A stretch of DNA of 64,000 bases from an uncultured delta proteobacterium (GTDB taxonomy: Bacteria; Myxococcota_A; Polyangia; Polyangiales; B10-G4). Both the position numbers and the translations under genes were made by a program. Under the pieces are notes generated by a model. That model was not told where the DNA came from and made no database searches. It saw only the letters and a program-made list of their open reading frames with translations. The stretch lies in NCBI GenBank assembly GCA_963727445.1, contig CAVSGI010000020.1, positions 288,001 through 352,000 of the forward strand. Reading direction: 5' to 3'. Positions 11,623 to 24,680 of this stretch are shown here, piece by piece; within the stretch, counting starts at the first letter, position 1; each line of letters opens with the position of its first letter.

Positions 11623-12213
11623 GTGATGGAGTCCGTGAATCTCGCGTCGATCCGCAGCGCCATCGAGGCGCGGGACGCGAAGCTCCTCGCCGATGCCGAA
11701 AAGCGCGCGGCGGTCGCGACCGTGCTCCGGGCCGGCGCACGGGAGCCCGAAGTCTTGCTGATTCGGCGCGCCGAGCATCCCGACGATCCGTGGTCGGGTC
11801 ACATGGCGTTCCCGGGCGGTCGCAAAGATCCGACCGATCCCGATCTCTTGAGCACGGCGCTGCGCGAGACCCGCGAGGAGATCGGCCTCGACCTCTCTCC
11901 GCCTCAAGATCTCCTGGGGCGACTCGACGACGTCGAAGCGATCGCCCGCGCCAAGCGCACCGGGATGGTGATCTCTCAGTTCGTCTTCGCCGTCGACGAC
12001 GCCGGCGAGCTCACGCCCAATCACGAGGTGGCCGAGACGATCTGGGCGCCGATCGGGCCGATGATCCGGCGCGAGAACGCGACGACCAAGCACTACGTCT
12101 ACCAGGGGACCGAAATGGAGCTCCCGGCCTTCGATGTGGGGGGGCGCGTGGTGTGGGGGCTGACCTATCACATGCTGCAGCGCCTATTCGCCCTCTTGCG
12201 CGAGGGGTCGTAG
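11623..12213 (+). CDS. NUDIX hydrolase, CoA pyrophosphatase family
   Basis: [10 protein letters not shown] plus Nudix box [17 protein letters not shown]. Confidence 0.9.
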   Translation: MMESVNLASIRSAIEARDAKLLADAEKRAAVATVLRAGAREPEVLLIRRAEHPDDPWSGHMAFPGGRKDPTDPDLLSTALRETREEIGLDLSPPQDLLGRLDDVEAIARAKRTGMVISQFVFAVDDAGELTPNHEVAETIWAPIGPMIRRENATTKHYVYQGTEMELPAFDVGGRVVWGLTYHMLQRLFALLREGS

Positions 12214-12231
12214 CGCTCTATCCAGAGGGCG

Positions 12232-12549
12232 ATGGACGACAAGCGCTACCGAGAGCTCGCCGACGCCGCGCTTCGCGAGATCCTCGACCTCTTCGACGAA
12301 GTCGACGTCGACGACGCCGACGCGGAAAGCGCGGGCGACGTCATCACCGTCCGCTATCGCGACGGAAGCCGGCTGGTGGTCAACACCCAGAGCCCCGCCC
12401 AGCAGATGTGGCTCGCGGGCGCCGGCCACGGCTGGCACTTCAGCTGGGACGAGGACGCCAAGGCCTGGATGCACGACAAGGGCACGGGCGACGAGCTCTT
12501 CGCGGTCCTGCGCAAGATCACCAAGGACACGGTCGGCGTCGAGCTCTGA
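12232..12549 (+). CDS. cyaY: Frataxin-family iron donor protein CyaY
   Basis: Acidic helix, GDVITV, VVNTQSPAQQMWLA, GWHF. Confidence 0.9.
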   Translation: MDDKRYRELADAALREILDLFDEVDVDDADAESAGDVITVRYRDGSRLVVNTQSPAQQMWLAGAGHGWHFSWDEDAKAWMHDKGTGDELFAVLRKITKDTVGVEL

Positions 12550-12552
12550 GGC

Positions 12553-13827
12553 TCACGAGCCTCTGCCGCGAGGGTCCGGCGGATACGCCCACTCCTCCAC
12601 ATAGGCGGAGCGAGCCTCGGGCTGCGCGGATTCCATCTGAGACCGAAGCGCGGCGGTCTGCGCGAGCGCGACCTCCGACAGCCCCCGCTCACGGCCGCTC
12701 GAGACCCAGGCCATGAGTGAGGAGAGCATCAGCTCCTTCACGTAGGCATAGCTGAAACCGTCCGTCTCTGCGGCGAGGCGCGCGAGCGCGTCAGGCTCGA
12801 GCCGGGCGTCGGGCTCCGAGGCCGCGTTCCAGAGCTGCATGTACGCCAGCCGTTCGGATTCTGCGGGCAGCGCGAAGTTGTACTTGCGGTCGAAGCGGCT
12901 GGGTCGATCGAGGATCGCCGGGTCGAGTCGCTCCGGATGATTGGTGGTCGCGATGGTCAGGATGCCTTCGTTGGAGGCGAAGCCGTCGAGCTCGTTGAGG
13001 AAGAACGAGCGCGAGTGCGGCGTGACCAGCGCGTCGAGATCTTCGAGCACCAGGGCGCAGGGCTTGATGCGCCGCGCGCGTTCGAAGACCTGGTGCATCA
13101 TCGCCTGGGGGCTTCGGCCGGGGGCTTCGAAGCTCTGCACATACAGACACGGGAGCTCGAGCGTGTTGAGCAACGCCTTGACGCAGTGCGTCTTCCCATT
13201 TCCCGGGGGGCCGACGAAGAGCACGCCCCGCTTCCAGGGCGCGCCGAAGCGGGCGTATTCCTCCTTCGACGCGAGGAACTGGCGGAAGTCGGACAGGAGC
13301 CGATCGGCGTGACCCGCCGGGAGCACGAGGTTGTCGAAGGTCGCGTTGCGGATCGCCTCGCGAAGGTCTTTGCTGCGGTTCCAGCAGCCGTTGGCGAAGA
13401 CGAGCACCTCGTCCAGGACCTCGTTTGCGACCTCAGCCACGTGGGTGGCGAAGCGCTCGACGTCCGCACGCGTCGGGCCGATCCACCACATCGTGGTTTG
13501 CTCGCTGAACCCGTGCACCCACGCTGCCTCGACGACGTGGAAAGTGATCCCCTCCCAGCGGACGGTTCGCATTCCCATGGCCAACCGGCGTCCCACCCGG
13601 CGTCCTGGCCCTCTCCAAAAGGACTCCCAGAGAGGCGGGGGCGCCTCCGCGACCGAGACCTCATCTTCGACCCGCGTCAGATACGTGTCGAGATCGAAGG
13701 ACGTGTCACGCGTTCGCATCGCGTAGGAGCCCTCGAACGCTGTCGAAACCGCCTCGTCGATGACGCAGGTAATCGCCTGTGCGGGGGCGTGAAGCGCCTC
13801 CCGAATCAACCCCCGTGGTGCTTCCAT
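12553..13827 (-). CDS. AAA+ family ATPase
   Basis: PWKRGVLFVGPPGNGKT (Walker A), LVLEDLD (Walker B), FLNELDG, TTNHPERLDPAILDRPSRFDR (SRH). The track ORF is over-extended; ATG at 13827. Confidence 0.9.
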   Translation of the reverse strand: MEAPRGLIREALHAPAQAITCVIDEAVSTAFEGSYAMRTRDTSFDLDTYLTRVEDEVSVAEAPPPLWESFWRGPGRRVGRRLAMGMRTVRWEGITFHVVEAAWVHGFSEQTTMWWIGPTRADVERFATHVAEVANEVLDEVLVFANGCWNRSKDLREAIRNATFDNLVLPAGHADRLLSDFRQFLASKEEYARFGAPWKRGVLFVGPPGNGKTHCVKALLNTLELPCLYVQSFEAPGRSPQAMMHQVFERARRIKPCALVLEDLDALVTPHSRSFFLNELDGFASNEGILTIATTNHPERLDPAILDRPSRFDRKYNFALPAESERLAYMQLWNAASEPDARLEPDALARLAAETDGFSYAYVKELMLSSLMAWVSSGRERGLSEVALAQTAALRSQMESAQPEARSAYVEEWAYPPDPRGRGS

Positions 13828-13938
13828 GGCGGCGACGGTAAGTCGCGATCTGTTTGTGTAAAGGACCCCTCGGGGGTGACAGCTGGCGGGTGCCTCCCAG
13901 GCGTCCTCTGAGGTACCATCGCCGACCCTGGGGGACCC

Positions 13939-14964
13939 GTGCTCAGAGGCCATCTCACCTTCGCGCTCATCTTCGTCACCCTGACCGCATGCGGGCAGGG
14001 CGATCCGCCGCCGCCGCCTCCGCCACCACCGGGGATGACGCCGCCACCGACGACGCCGCCGACCCTTCCGGGTCAACCCGGACAACCCGGCCAGCCGGGT
14101 CAACCAGGTCAGCCCGGCAACCCGACCACGCCTGCGGTGCCGATCACGCTCTCGCCAGGCTTCACCCCCGACCCGCACGTCGTCGCCGGGGTGAGCGGTG
14201 GCAACGTCGCGGCGACCAGCCTCGCACCCGACTGTCGGGGGTTCGTGTCGCAGACGCCGAACCACCTCTTCACCGCGGGCGGCCCCTTCACGTCGCTTCG
14301 CATTCTTGTCAACGGCGGCAGCGAGGACACCACGCTCGTCGTTCAGAAGCCCGACGGCAGCTACGTCTGTAACGACGACGCCGAGGGTCACAACCCGATC
14401 ATCGCCGGCGTCCCATTCCCGCCCGGCACCTACAAGATCTGGGTCGGGAGCTACACCCAGGGCGTCGCCGCCAACTACAACATCGGTTTCACCGAGCTCG
14501 CCTCGGTGAACGTGGCGCGCGTCGGGGTCCCCGCGGGCACGGCGACGCCTCCACCTCCCGGTGACCTGTCCTCCAACTTCGGCACCATCCAGCTCTCGCC
14601 GGGGTTCATGCCCGATCCGCACCGCGCGACCGGCACGGGTGGTGGCGCGGCTTCCGCGGACGCATGGGATGCCAACTGCCGCGGGGCGGTGTCGCAGACG
14701 CCCGACCACCTCTTCGTCGCCGCCGACACCTTCTCCTTCCTCAAGATCGTGGTGCGCTCCGAACAGGACACCACCCTCGTCCTCCAGAAGCCGGATGGGA
14801 CCTTCCTCTGCAACGACGACGACGACGGGCTCAATCCGGGCATCACCGGCACCTTCCCACCCGGGACCTACCGCATCTGGGTGGGCAGTTACGACACCAC
14901 GCAGCGCCCGCAGTACACGCTCGGGATCTCCGAGCTCTCCAGCACCACCGCGAGCGAGCTATGA
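13939..14964 (+). CDS. Lipoprotein with Pro/PGQ-rich linker and two tandem ~125-aa beta domains (LSPGFxPDP..C.G...TP.H..DTTLV.QKPDG...CNDD..PPGTY.IWVGSY)
   Basis: Lipobox LTAC; clear internal duplication. Confidence 0.8.
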   Translation: MLRGHLTFALIFVTLTACGQGDPPPPPPPPPGMTPPPTTPPTLPGQPGQPGQPGQPGQPGNPTTPAVPITLSPGFTPDPHVVAGVSGGNVAATSLAPDCRGFVSQTPNHLFTAGGPFTSLRILVNGGSEDTTLVVQKPDGSYVCNDDAEGHNPIIAGVPFPPGTYKIWVGSYTQGVAANYNIGFTELASVNVARVGVPAGTATPPPPGDLSSNFGTIQLSPGFMPDPHRATGTGGGAASADAWDANCRGAVSQTPDHLFVAADTFSFLKIVVRSEQDTTLVLQKPDGTFLCNDDDDGLNPGITGTFPPGTYRIWVGSYDTTQRPQYTLGISELSSTTASEL

Positions 14965-17102
14965 CACAGAGCTACGACCACACCCTCGACCCCTTCTTCG
15001 CGCCGCGCGCCGTCGCGGTGATAGGCGCCTCGTCGAATCCCTCGTCAGTCGGTCACGCGGTGCTGAAGAACCTGCTCTACGGGCGTATGGATGGAACCGA
15101 GCGCGACAAGGGCTTTCCGGGGCCGGTCTATGCGGTCAATCCGAAGGGCGGCGAGATCCTCGGCGTCAAAGCTCACGAGAGCGTGTCCGCCATCGCCGAG
15201 CCCGTGGACCTCGTGGTGGTCGCGATCCCGCCGAAATACATCCCCGGCTTGATGACGGAGTGCGGCGGAAAGGGTGTGAAGGCGGCCATCGTGATCAGCG
15301 CCGGCTTCGCGGAGATGGGCGCGGAGGGGCGCGCGCTCCAGGACGACATGCGTGAAAAGGCCGACGCCGCCGGCGTGCGGATCATCGGCCCGAACTGTCT
15401 CGGCGTGATTCGCCCCAAGGTGAAGCTCAACGCCAGCTTCGCGGTCGCGTCGCCACGCGAAGGAAGCATCGGGCTCCTCAGCCAGTCGGGCGCGTTGGTG
15501 ACGGGCCTTCTCAGCTACGCCGAGCGCGAGCGCTTCGGTCTGTCGGCCGCGGTTTCCCTCGGGGCCAAGGCGGACGTCGAGGACGAGGACATCATCCGCT
15601 GGCTCGCGAACGACCCCGAGACCAACGCGCTCGCGCTCTACGTCGAGGCGTTCAAGGAGCCGCAGGCGTTCATCGACGCGGCCCGCGCGGTCGCCGGTCA
15701 GAAGCCGGTCGTCGCCATCAAGGGCGGCACCACCGCGGCGGGCGCCAAGGCGGCGTCCAGCCACACCGGCAGCCTCGCGGGATCGCGGGCGGCTTACGAG
15801 GCGGCTTTCGCACAGTCGGGCGTGATCCAGGCGCATTCGATCCAGGACTTCATCGGTTGGTCTCAGGCGCTCGCCATGCAGCCGGCGGCCCGCGGCAATC
15901 GACTGGCCATCGTCACCAACGCGGGCGGGCCGGGAGTGCTCGCTGCCGACGCCGCGGACCGCGTGGGGATCCGCCTCGCCCAGCTCAGCGAGTCGACGCT
16001 CGCCAAGCTCAACGAGGTGTTGCCGAGCGTCTGGTCACACAACAACCCCATCGACGTCATCGGGGATGCGACGCCCAAGCGCTACGCCGACGCCTTGTCG
16101 ATCCTCGGCGACGCCGAAGAAGTCGATGGCATCGTGGTGATCATGACGGTGCAGGCGATGACCGATCCCGAGGCCACGGCGAAGGCGATCGCCGGCGTCG
16201 CGAAGGCGCCGGGCTGGAAAGTGCCGATCTGCGGCGCGTTCATCGGCCTCTTCGGGACCGAAGTGGGCAGCTACCTCGACGCGCACGGCATCCCCGAGCT
16301 CAACACCCCCGAGCAGGCGGTCAGCGCCATGAGCGCGTTGATGCGGCGCGGCGCCTGGCTTCGCCGTGAGGACGCGAGCCCCACCGGCGACCACGGCATG
16401 CCGGCGCCCGCGCCGGACCGGGCGAAGGCCGCCCTCGCAAAGGCGCGAGAGCTCGGTCAGAACAACCTCGACCTCTCTCTCGCGCGCGAGGTCCTCGAGT
16501 CCGCTGGCCTCCGCTACAACCAGAGCGGCACCGCCCCGAACGAAGACGAAGCGGTGAAGGTCGCGGAGAAGATCGGCTATCCGGTCGTCATCAAGCTCAT
16601 CAGCCCCGACGTGATCCACAAGTCCGACGTGGGCGGTGTGGTGCTCGACATCGTGGACGCCGACGGGGTCCGCACGGCCTGCGCGTCCATTCGCGAGAAG
16701 GTCGAAGACCGCCAGCCCGGCGCGCGCATCGACGGCTTCACCGTCGAAGAGCAGGTGAAGGGGACCGAGATCATCGTCGGCATGAGTCGCGACCCGGACT
16801 TCGGACCGCTCCTGATGGTCGGCATGGGCGGCATCTTCGTCGAGGTCTACAAGGACGTGGCCTTCCGCCTGGTGCCGATGACCCGGCGTGACGCCCTCGA
16901 CATGATCGGCGAGATACGCGCCCAGCCCCTCCTCGACGGCGCGCGCGAGCGTCCGGTCCTCGACCGCGACGAGCTCGCGGAGGCCATCATGCGCATCTGC
17001 GCGCTGGTCGAGGACCACCCCGAGATCGTCGAGCTCGACGTGAACCCCCTGGTCATCACGGAAAAGGGCCTGATCTCGATCGATGCGCGCGTGATCATCT
17101 GA
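14961..17102 (+). CDS. ADP-forming acetate/acyl-CoA ligase (fused CoA-binding, ligase and ATP-grasp domains)
   Basis: FFAPRAVAVIGAS, IIGPNCLG, SQSGAL, catalytic SHTGSLAG, TNAGGPG, HKSDVGGV, ELDVNPL. ATG 14961 overlaps the previous stop. Confidence 0.92.
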   Translation: MTQSYDHTLDPFFAPRAVAVIGASSNPSSVGHAVLKNLLYGRMDGTERDKGFPGPVYAVNPKGGEILGVKAHESVSAIAEPVDLVVVAIPPKYIPGLMTECGGKGVKAAIVISAGFAEMGAEGRALQDDMREKADAAGVRIIGPNCLGVIRPKVKLNASFAVASPREGSIGLLSQSGALVTGLLSYAERERFGLSAAVSLGAKADVEDEDIIRWLANDPETNALALYVEAFKEPQAFIDAARAVAGQKPVVAIKGGTTAAGAKAASSHTGSLAGSRAAYEAAFAQSGVIQAHSIQDFIGWSQALAMQPAARGNRLAIVTNAGGPGVLAADAADRVGIRLAQLSESTLAKLNEVLPSVWSHNNPIDVIGDATPKRYADALSILGDAEEVDGIVVIMTVQAMTDPEATAKAIAGVAKAPGWKVPICGAFIGLFGTEVGSYLDAHGIPELNTPEQAVSAMSALMRRGAWLRREDASPTGDHGMPAPAPDRAKAALAKARELGQNNLDLSLAREVLESAGLRYNQSGTAPNEDEAVKVAEKIGYPVVIKLISPDVIHKSDVGGVVLDIVDADGVRTACASIREKVEDRQPGARIDGFTVEEQVKGTEIIVGMSRDPDFGPLLMVGMGGIFVEVYKDVAFRLVPMTRRDALDMIGEIRAQPLLDGARERPVLDRDELAEAIMRICALVEDHPEIVELDVNPLVITEKGLISIDARVII

Positions 17103-17128
17103 GCGTTTCGGGCTAGAACGCGCCGGCT

Positions 17129-19156
17129 GTGAGTCTGGTCGTTCTCGAAGACGTTTCCCTCTATTTCGGCGAGCGCTGCATCGTCGACGAGCTGAGCCTG
17201 CGCATCGCCGCGGGCGACCGTATCGGGGTCATCGGGCCCAACGGCTCGGGCAAGACCACGCTGCTGCGTCTCATCGCGCGCGAGCAGGCGCCGGACGGCG
17301 GCACGATTCGCCGCGCCAGCGGGATCCGCGTCGGCTATCTCCCCCAGGACATCGCCATCGAGGGCGGCACCGCGCTCTTGCCCTTCGTCCTCGACAGCGT
17401 GCCCGGGCGCGAAGAGCTCAAGGAGCGGGCGGCGGAGCTCGAGGCCGAGCTCGCGGGCCGCGCCCCGGATGACGACGCCGACGAGACCATGGAGCTCGCG
17501 ACGCGCCTCGCCGAGCTCCACGAGAAGCTCACCCACTTCGAGATCCACTACACGGAGCACGAGGCACGACGGATCCTGGCGGGTCTCGGCTTCTCGACCG
17601 AGGACGGCGAGCGCGACCTCGGTGAGCTCTCCGGCGGCTGGAAGATGCGCGCGGTCCTCGCGGCGCTCCTCTTCCAGCGTCCCGACGTGCTGCTCCTCGA
17701 CGAGCCCACGAACCACCTCGACATGCCGTCGGTGGCCTGGTTCTCCGGCTTCCTGAAGAGCTACGGCGGCGCGTTCCTGCTCATCTCGCACGACCGCGAG
17801 TTCCTGAACGAGCAGATCGCGCGCTGCGTGACCTTCGAAGTGGAGGGCGTGCGGCAGTACAAGGGCAACTACGACGAGTACCTGCGCCTCCGCGAGGAGG
17901 AGCTGGTGATCCTGCAGGCGCGGGCGAAGAACCTCCAGAAGAAGAAAGAGAAGACCGAGCAGTTCATCAACCGATTCCGCGCGAAGGCTTCGAAGGCGAC
18001 GCAGGTGCAGTCGAAGATCAAGGCGCTCGAGAAGATGGACGAGGTGCACGTCTACGAGGACCGGCGCACCATGCGCTTCACCTTCCCGCCCTCGGAGCGG
18101 GCCGGCGCCGAGGTGCTCACCACACGAAAGCTCGCCAAGAGCTACGGCGACCTCCGGGTCTTTTCCGACGTCGACCTGACGGTCGCCCGCGGAGAGCACA
18201 TCGGGATCATCGGCGTGAACGGCGCCGGTAAGACGACGCTGCTCAAGGTGATCGCCGGCGAGATCGAGTCGACCGGCGGCTCCGTGGAGCTCGGGCACAA
18301 CGTGAAGGTGAGCTACTACGCTCAGCATCACGCGGAGACCCTCGACCCCGAGCGCACCATCTTCGAGGAGGTCTATGGTCACTCGAAGGACGCCGGCGTC
18401 ACGCGGGTCCGCACGCTCCTCGGCGCGTTTCTCTTCAGCGGCGACGACGTCGAAAAGAAGATCAAGGTGCTCTCCGGCGGCGAGCGGGCCCGGGTGGCGC
18501 TGGCGAAGATGCTCGTCGATCCCGGCAACGTGATGCTCATGGACGAGCCCACGAACCACCTGGACCTCGCGTCCTCGGAGGCGCTCGCCGAGGCGCTCGC
18601 CACCTACGACGGGACGCTGGTCTTCGTCAGCCACAACCGCAGCTTCGTACGCCGCCTCGCGAGCCGCATCTGGGACGTGGCCGACGGCCACGTCGAGACC
18701 TATCCCGGCACCCTCGACGAGTACATGTACGCGATGCAGCAGCGCGACGAGGGCGCCTCGGACCCCGCGCCGAGCCGCGGCCAGGGCGACGGGGCCGGCA
18801 AAGCGATGAGCGCTTCGCCCGACGTCGGCAAGTCACGCAAACGAAGCAAGGCGGACGACAAGGAGCGCAAGCGCCGTGAGGCCGAGGCCCGCAACGTGAA
18901 GTCGAAGAAGCTCCGCCCGCTCCAGAAGCGCGCCGAGGAGCTCGAGGCACGCATCGCCGAGCTCGAGGGTGAGCAGAAGGAGAGGGCGACCGCCCTCGAG
19001 GATCCGGATGTCTACGGCGACGAAGCCAAGCGCTTCGCGATCCTCACCGAGCTCCAGACGACCCAGGACAAGCTCGAAGAGCTCACCGAGCGCTGGGCTG
19101 GCGTCTCGGAAGAGATCGAGGCCGCCGAAAGAGAGCTCGAAGCGCTGATGAGTTAG
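17129..19156 (+). CDS. ABC-F family ATP-binding protein
   Basis: Two NBDs (GPNGSGKTT/LSGGW/DEPTNHLD; GVNGAGKTT/LSGGE/DEPTNHLD), no TM segments, C-terminal coiled coil. Confidence 0.95.
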   Translation: MSLVVLEDVSLYFGERCIVDELSLRIAAGDRIGVIGPNGSGKTTLLRLIAREQAPDGGTIRRASGIRVGYLPQDIAIEGGTALLPFVLDSVPGREELKERAAELEAELAGRAPDDDADETMELATRLAELHEKLTHFEIHYTEHEARRILAGLGFSTEDGERDLGELSGGWKMRAVLAALLFQRPDVLLLDEPTNHLDMPSVAWFSGFLKSYGGAFLLISHDREFLNEQIARCVTFEVEGVRQYKGNYDEYLRLREEELVILQARAKNLQKKKEKTEQFINRFRAKASKATQVQSKIKALEKMDEVHVYEDRRTMRFTFPPSERAGAEVLTTRKLAKSYGDLRVFSDVDLTVARGEHIGIIGVNGAGKTTLLKVIAGEIESTGGSVELGHNVKVSYYAQHHAETLDPERTIFEEVYGHSKDAGVTRVRTLLGAFLFSGDDVEKKIKVLSGGERARVALAKMLVDPGNVMLMDEPTNHLDLASSEALAEALATYDGTLVFVSHNRSFVRRLASRIWDVADGHVETYPGTLDEYMYAMQQRDEGASDPAPSRGQGDGAGKAMSASPDVGKSRKRSKADDKERKRREAEARNVKSKKLRPLQKRAEELEARIAELEGEQKERATALEDPDVYGDEAKRFAILTELQTTQDKLEELTERWAGVSEEIEAAERELEALMS

Positions 19157-19166
19157 CGCTCGGCGC

Positions 19167-20750
19167 TCAGGCCTTCTCCGGGATCAGGCTCATCGCGCGC
19201 TCGGCCAGGGCAGTGATGGTCAGCGAGGGGTTCACACCCGGGTTCGCGCTCACGGCGCTTCCGTCGATCACGTACAGGCCCTCGTAGCCGAAGACGCGGT
19301 GCTGGGCATCGATCACGCCCTCGCTCTCGCTCTCACCCATGCAGCAGCCGCCGAGGATGTGGGCGGTGGAGGGAACGCCCATGAGGGTCTCGGGAGCGAG
19401 GTTCACCGTCACGCCGCGGACCTTTTCCGCGAAGCGACGGGCGATGTCGGTCGCTTCCTCCATGAACGCCTTCGGCGCGTCGGCCGGATCGTCGAGCGTG
19501 GATATCAGGCCCTTCCGAAAGCCCGTCCAGGCGTTGCGTCCGAGGCGCAGTGAGAGGGTGCTCTCGAGGGTGCGCATGTAGAGGAGGATCTGCGACTGTC
19601 GTGCGTATCGCGGGACCGTCAGCGCCCTCGCCCAGCGGACGGGATGCGACAAGAGGCCCCGCGCCGTTCCCGCCAGCCGTCCCAAGACCGTCGGCGCGGG
19701 CGCGTGCGGCAAGGTCAACATTCGGAAGAAGCTCGACCCCTCGCCGTAACGGACCGGCTCCACGTGACTGTGCGCGTCGGTGTGCAGGATCGAGGTGATG
19801 GCGACGCCCTTGCTGAAGTCGTCCTCGGGATTCGGCGAGATGACGCCGATGAGCGACTCGTTGTTGGTGCGGACGAAGTCGCCCACGCGAGGGGAGAGCG
19901 CGGGCAGGCCCGCCGGATCCTCGCGCATCGCGAGGAGCAGGGGCACGGTGCCCATCACGCCCCCCGCGAAGACCACCTGCGACGCTTCGACCACGCGCGC
20001 CTCACCCTTGCCGAGAGAGGGGCGCGTCTCGAGCGCGTAGCCGCCGCCCCCGGTGAGCGGCCGGACGGCCGTGACCTCGGTCTCGGGGAGGACCCGCGCG
20101 CCGCCGTGCTCTGCGAGGTGCAGATAGTTCTGGTCGAGGGTGTTCTTCGCGCCGACGCGGCAGCCCGTCATACATGCGCCGCAGAAGGTGCACCCGACAC
20201 GGTCCGGCCCCGCCCCGTCGAAGTACGGGTCCGCCACCTTCTTCCCGGGCTCGCCGAAGAAGACGGCGACCTGGGTCTTCTCCCAGTGCTCGCCCCGCCC
20301 CATCTCCTCACCGATCTCCTTCAGGATCTCGTCGCCGCGGGTCATGCGCGGGTTCTCGGCGGAGCCGAGCATCCGTCGCGCCGTCTGATAGTGGCGTGCC
20401 AGCTCCCGCTTCCAGTCGGCGAGGTGCCCCCACGACTCGGCCGCGAAGAACTCGTCCTTGGGCATCGGCAGCGTGTTCGCGTAGACCAGCGAGCCGCCGC
20501 CGACCCCCACCCCGTGGAGCACCGTCACGTGGGGCAGGAAGCTCATCTGGAAGATCCCGGACAGGCCCGCCGCGGGCATCCAGTACCAGCGCTTCAGGTC
20601 CCAGTTGTTCTTGCCGAAATCCTTCGGGGCGAAGCGCCGTCCCTTCTCGATGACCAGGACGCGGTAGCCCTTTTCCGTCAGACGAAGCGCGGAGACGCTT
20701 CCTCCGAAGCCGGAGCCGACGATGACGAAGTCGTAGCGCTCGCGGGGCAC
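19167..20750 (-). CDS. GMC-family oxidoreductase, cholesterol oxidase (ChoD)-like
   Basis: GSGFGGSVSALRLTEKGY, GVGGGSLVYAN, CTFCGACMTGC..AKNTLD.NYL, TAHILGG, NPGVNPSLTITALAERAM. Confidence 0.9.
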   Translation of the reverse strand: MPRERYDFVIVGSGFGGSVSALRLTEKGYRVLVIEKGRRFAPKDFGKNNWDLKRWYWMPAAGLSGIFQMSFLPHVTVLHGVGVGGGSLVYANTLPMPKDEFFAAESWGHLADWKRELARHYQTARRMLGSAENPRMTRGDEILKEIGEEMGRGEHWEKTQVAVFFGEPGKKVADPYFDGAGPDRVGCTFCGACMTGCRVGAKNTLDQNYLHLAEHGGARVLPETEVTAVRPLTGGGGYALETRPSLGKGEARVVEASQVVFAGGVMGTVPLLLAMREDPAGLPALSPRVGDFVRTNNESLIGVISPNPEDDFSKGVAITSILHTDAHSHVEPVRYGEGSSFFRMLTLPHAPAPTVLGRLAGTARGLLSHPVRWARALTVPRYARQSQILLYMRTLESTLSLRLGRNAWTGFRKGLISTLDDPADAPKAFMEEATDIARRFAEKVRGVTVNLAPETLMGVPSTAHILGGCCMGESESEGVIDAQHRVFGYEGLYVIDGSAVSANPGVNPSLTITALAERAMSLIPEKA

Positions 20751-20756
20751 GACGGC

Positions 20757-23047
<2,291 letters not shown>

Positions 23048-23063
23048 GGCCGGGCAGCATACA

Positions 23064-24656
23064 TCAGAGCGCGTGGCTGCGGAGATAGCGCGTCACCGCC
23101 CCGGGCTCGGCGGCGGCCGCTGCGAGGACGCCGCCCATCATGGCGCCGATCACGCCGACCGTCGCGACCTCGGAGCCGCTGAAGTAGAGGCCGCGGATGG
23201 GAGACTTGGGGCGGAGCCAGGGGTTGTCGAAGCGCTCCGGCGTCGGCTCGATGCCGTAGATGGAGCCGAGCATCGGGCGAGTGAAATGCTGCGTGGACAC
23301 CGGTGTCGAGAGCTCGACGTGCTTCACCATCCCTTCGAGCGCGGGCATGTGCTCGAGGAACTGCGAGAGGAGCCGCTTTTCGAGGCTCGCCTTCTTGTCG
23401 TCGTAGGCGCTTCCGCGCTTCTTCCAGCGCTCCTGCTGCCACGCGGCGAAGGACGCGAAGGGCACGAAGGTGACGACCTCGCCGGTGTGGCGTCGCTTCG
23501 GCCCGGGATCGTGCTCGGGATCCTTGAGCGAGGGAAAGGAGCAGTAGAGAACCGTGGCGCGCGCATCCGGATCGTCGCAGTTCCAGACGTCGGTCTCCAT
23601 GTCCCAGGTCTCGTAGAACCACTTGTTGGCCGAGCCCGCCCCCGCAGCCCGAACGTCGCCCTCGAAGCCCAGGTAGAGGCAGACGTGCGCAGGCGCAGGG
23701 GACAGCGTTTCGATCGAGCGCGCCCATGCGGCGCGGGACGCGTCCTCGGGCAAGAGGCGCTTCACCGTCGACATCACACCTGCCGCGCTCACGACGCGCC
23801 GGGCGCGGATCACCTCGCCGCTCTTCATGCGCACACCCACCGCGGCGCCGTCCTCGAGCACGATCTCCGTGACGTCCGCGCGGATGGCCGTCCATCCGCC
23901 GGCGTCGGCGACGGTCCTGAGGAGCTCCCGCGCGATGCGCTTGGCCCCACCCACCGGGTAGTAGCCGCCCCACTGGAAGTGCTTCGTGACGAGGGCCTGG
24001 ATAGCGAACGAGGAATGGGCGGGCGTCGAGCCGTAGTAGCCCCACTGGGAAGCGAGCACCGCGCGCAGCTTCGGGTCGTCCGTCAGCTCTTCGAGGACCT
24101 CGGCGGTGTTCTCGAGGAAGTATCGGCGCGCCTGTGTCACCAGGAAGCGGTCGACGATCTTGGCGGCGGCCCCGCTCGCCAGGCGCGAGAGGTAATAGCC
24201 CTTCATCACCCCCGCCACCTCCCGCACCTTCGTCAGGTAGCGGTGGATCGCCTCGCGCTCCTGTGGGAACGCCGCTTCCAGGTTCGCGCGGAATTGCTGC
24301 GGGGTGTCGGGGAAGTCGATCCGCACGCCGTCTGGCCAGTGGAACTCGTCGTAGACCGGGCCGAGGCTGGCCCACGCGAGGCGCCGGTCGGTGAGCGCCG
24401 CGAGGAGGCGGCCGGTCATCGACTTGTCCGTGACCTCGCCGACCGCGTGCACGCCCACATCCCATTCGAAGCCCGGCCGCTTGAAGCTGTGGGTGAAGCC
24501 CCCCGGGACGTAATGCTGCTCGAGGACGAGGACGCGCTTGCCGATCTTCGACAACAGCGCCGCGGTGGTCATGCCGCCCATCCCCGAGCCGATGACGATG
24601 TAGTCCCACGTCCCCTCGGGGACGTCCTTACTCCAGGGTTTGTCGTCGCGCGCCAC
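23064..24656 (-). CDS. FAD-dependent oxidoreductase, phytoene desaturase / retinol saturase-like
   Basis: GSGMGG, LEQHYVPGGFTHSF, WDVGVH, GGYYPVGG, SFPSLKD, STPVST..GSIYG. Confidence 0.88.
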   Translation of the reverse strand: MARDDKPWSKDVPEGTWDYIVIGSGMGGMTTAALLSKIGKRVLVLEQHYVPGGFTHSFKRPGFEWDVGVHAVGEVTDKSMTGRLLAALTDRRLAWASLGPVYDEFHWPDGVRIDFPDTPQQFRANLEAAFPQEREAIHRYLTKVREVAGVMKGYYLSRLASGAAAKIVDRFLVTQARRYFLENTAEVLEELTDDPKLRAVLASQWGYYGSTPAHSSFAIQALVTKHFQWGGYYPVGGAKRIARELLRTVADAGGWTAIRADVTEIVLEDGAAVGVRMKSGEVIRARRVVSAAGVMSTVKRLLPEDASRAAWARSIETLSPAPAHVCLYLGFEGDVRAAGAGSANKWFYETWDMETDVWNCDDPDARATVLYCSFPSLKDPEHDPGPKRRHTGEVVTFVPFASFAAWQQERWKKRGSAYDDKKASLEKRLLSQFLEHMPALEGMVKHVELSTPVSTQHFTRPMLGSIYGIEPTPERFDNPWLRPKSPIRGLYFSGSEVATVGVIGAMMGGVLAAAAAEPGAVTRYLRSHAL

Positions 24657-24680
24657 GGCGGGCAGGGGGAAGGGGAGCCA

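Noticed and set aside
14056..14125. PGQ repeats as a collagen-like domain
   Set aside because: Only about five triplets; too short, treated as a linker.
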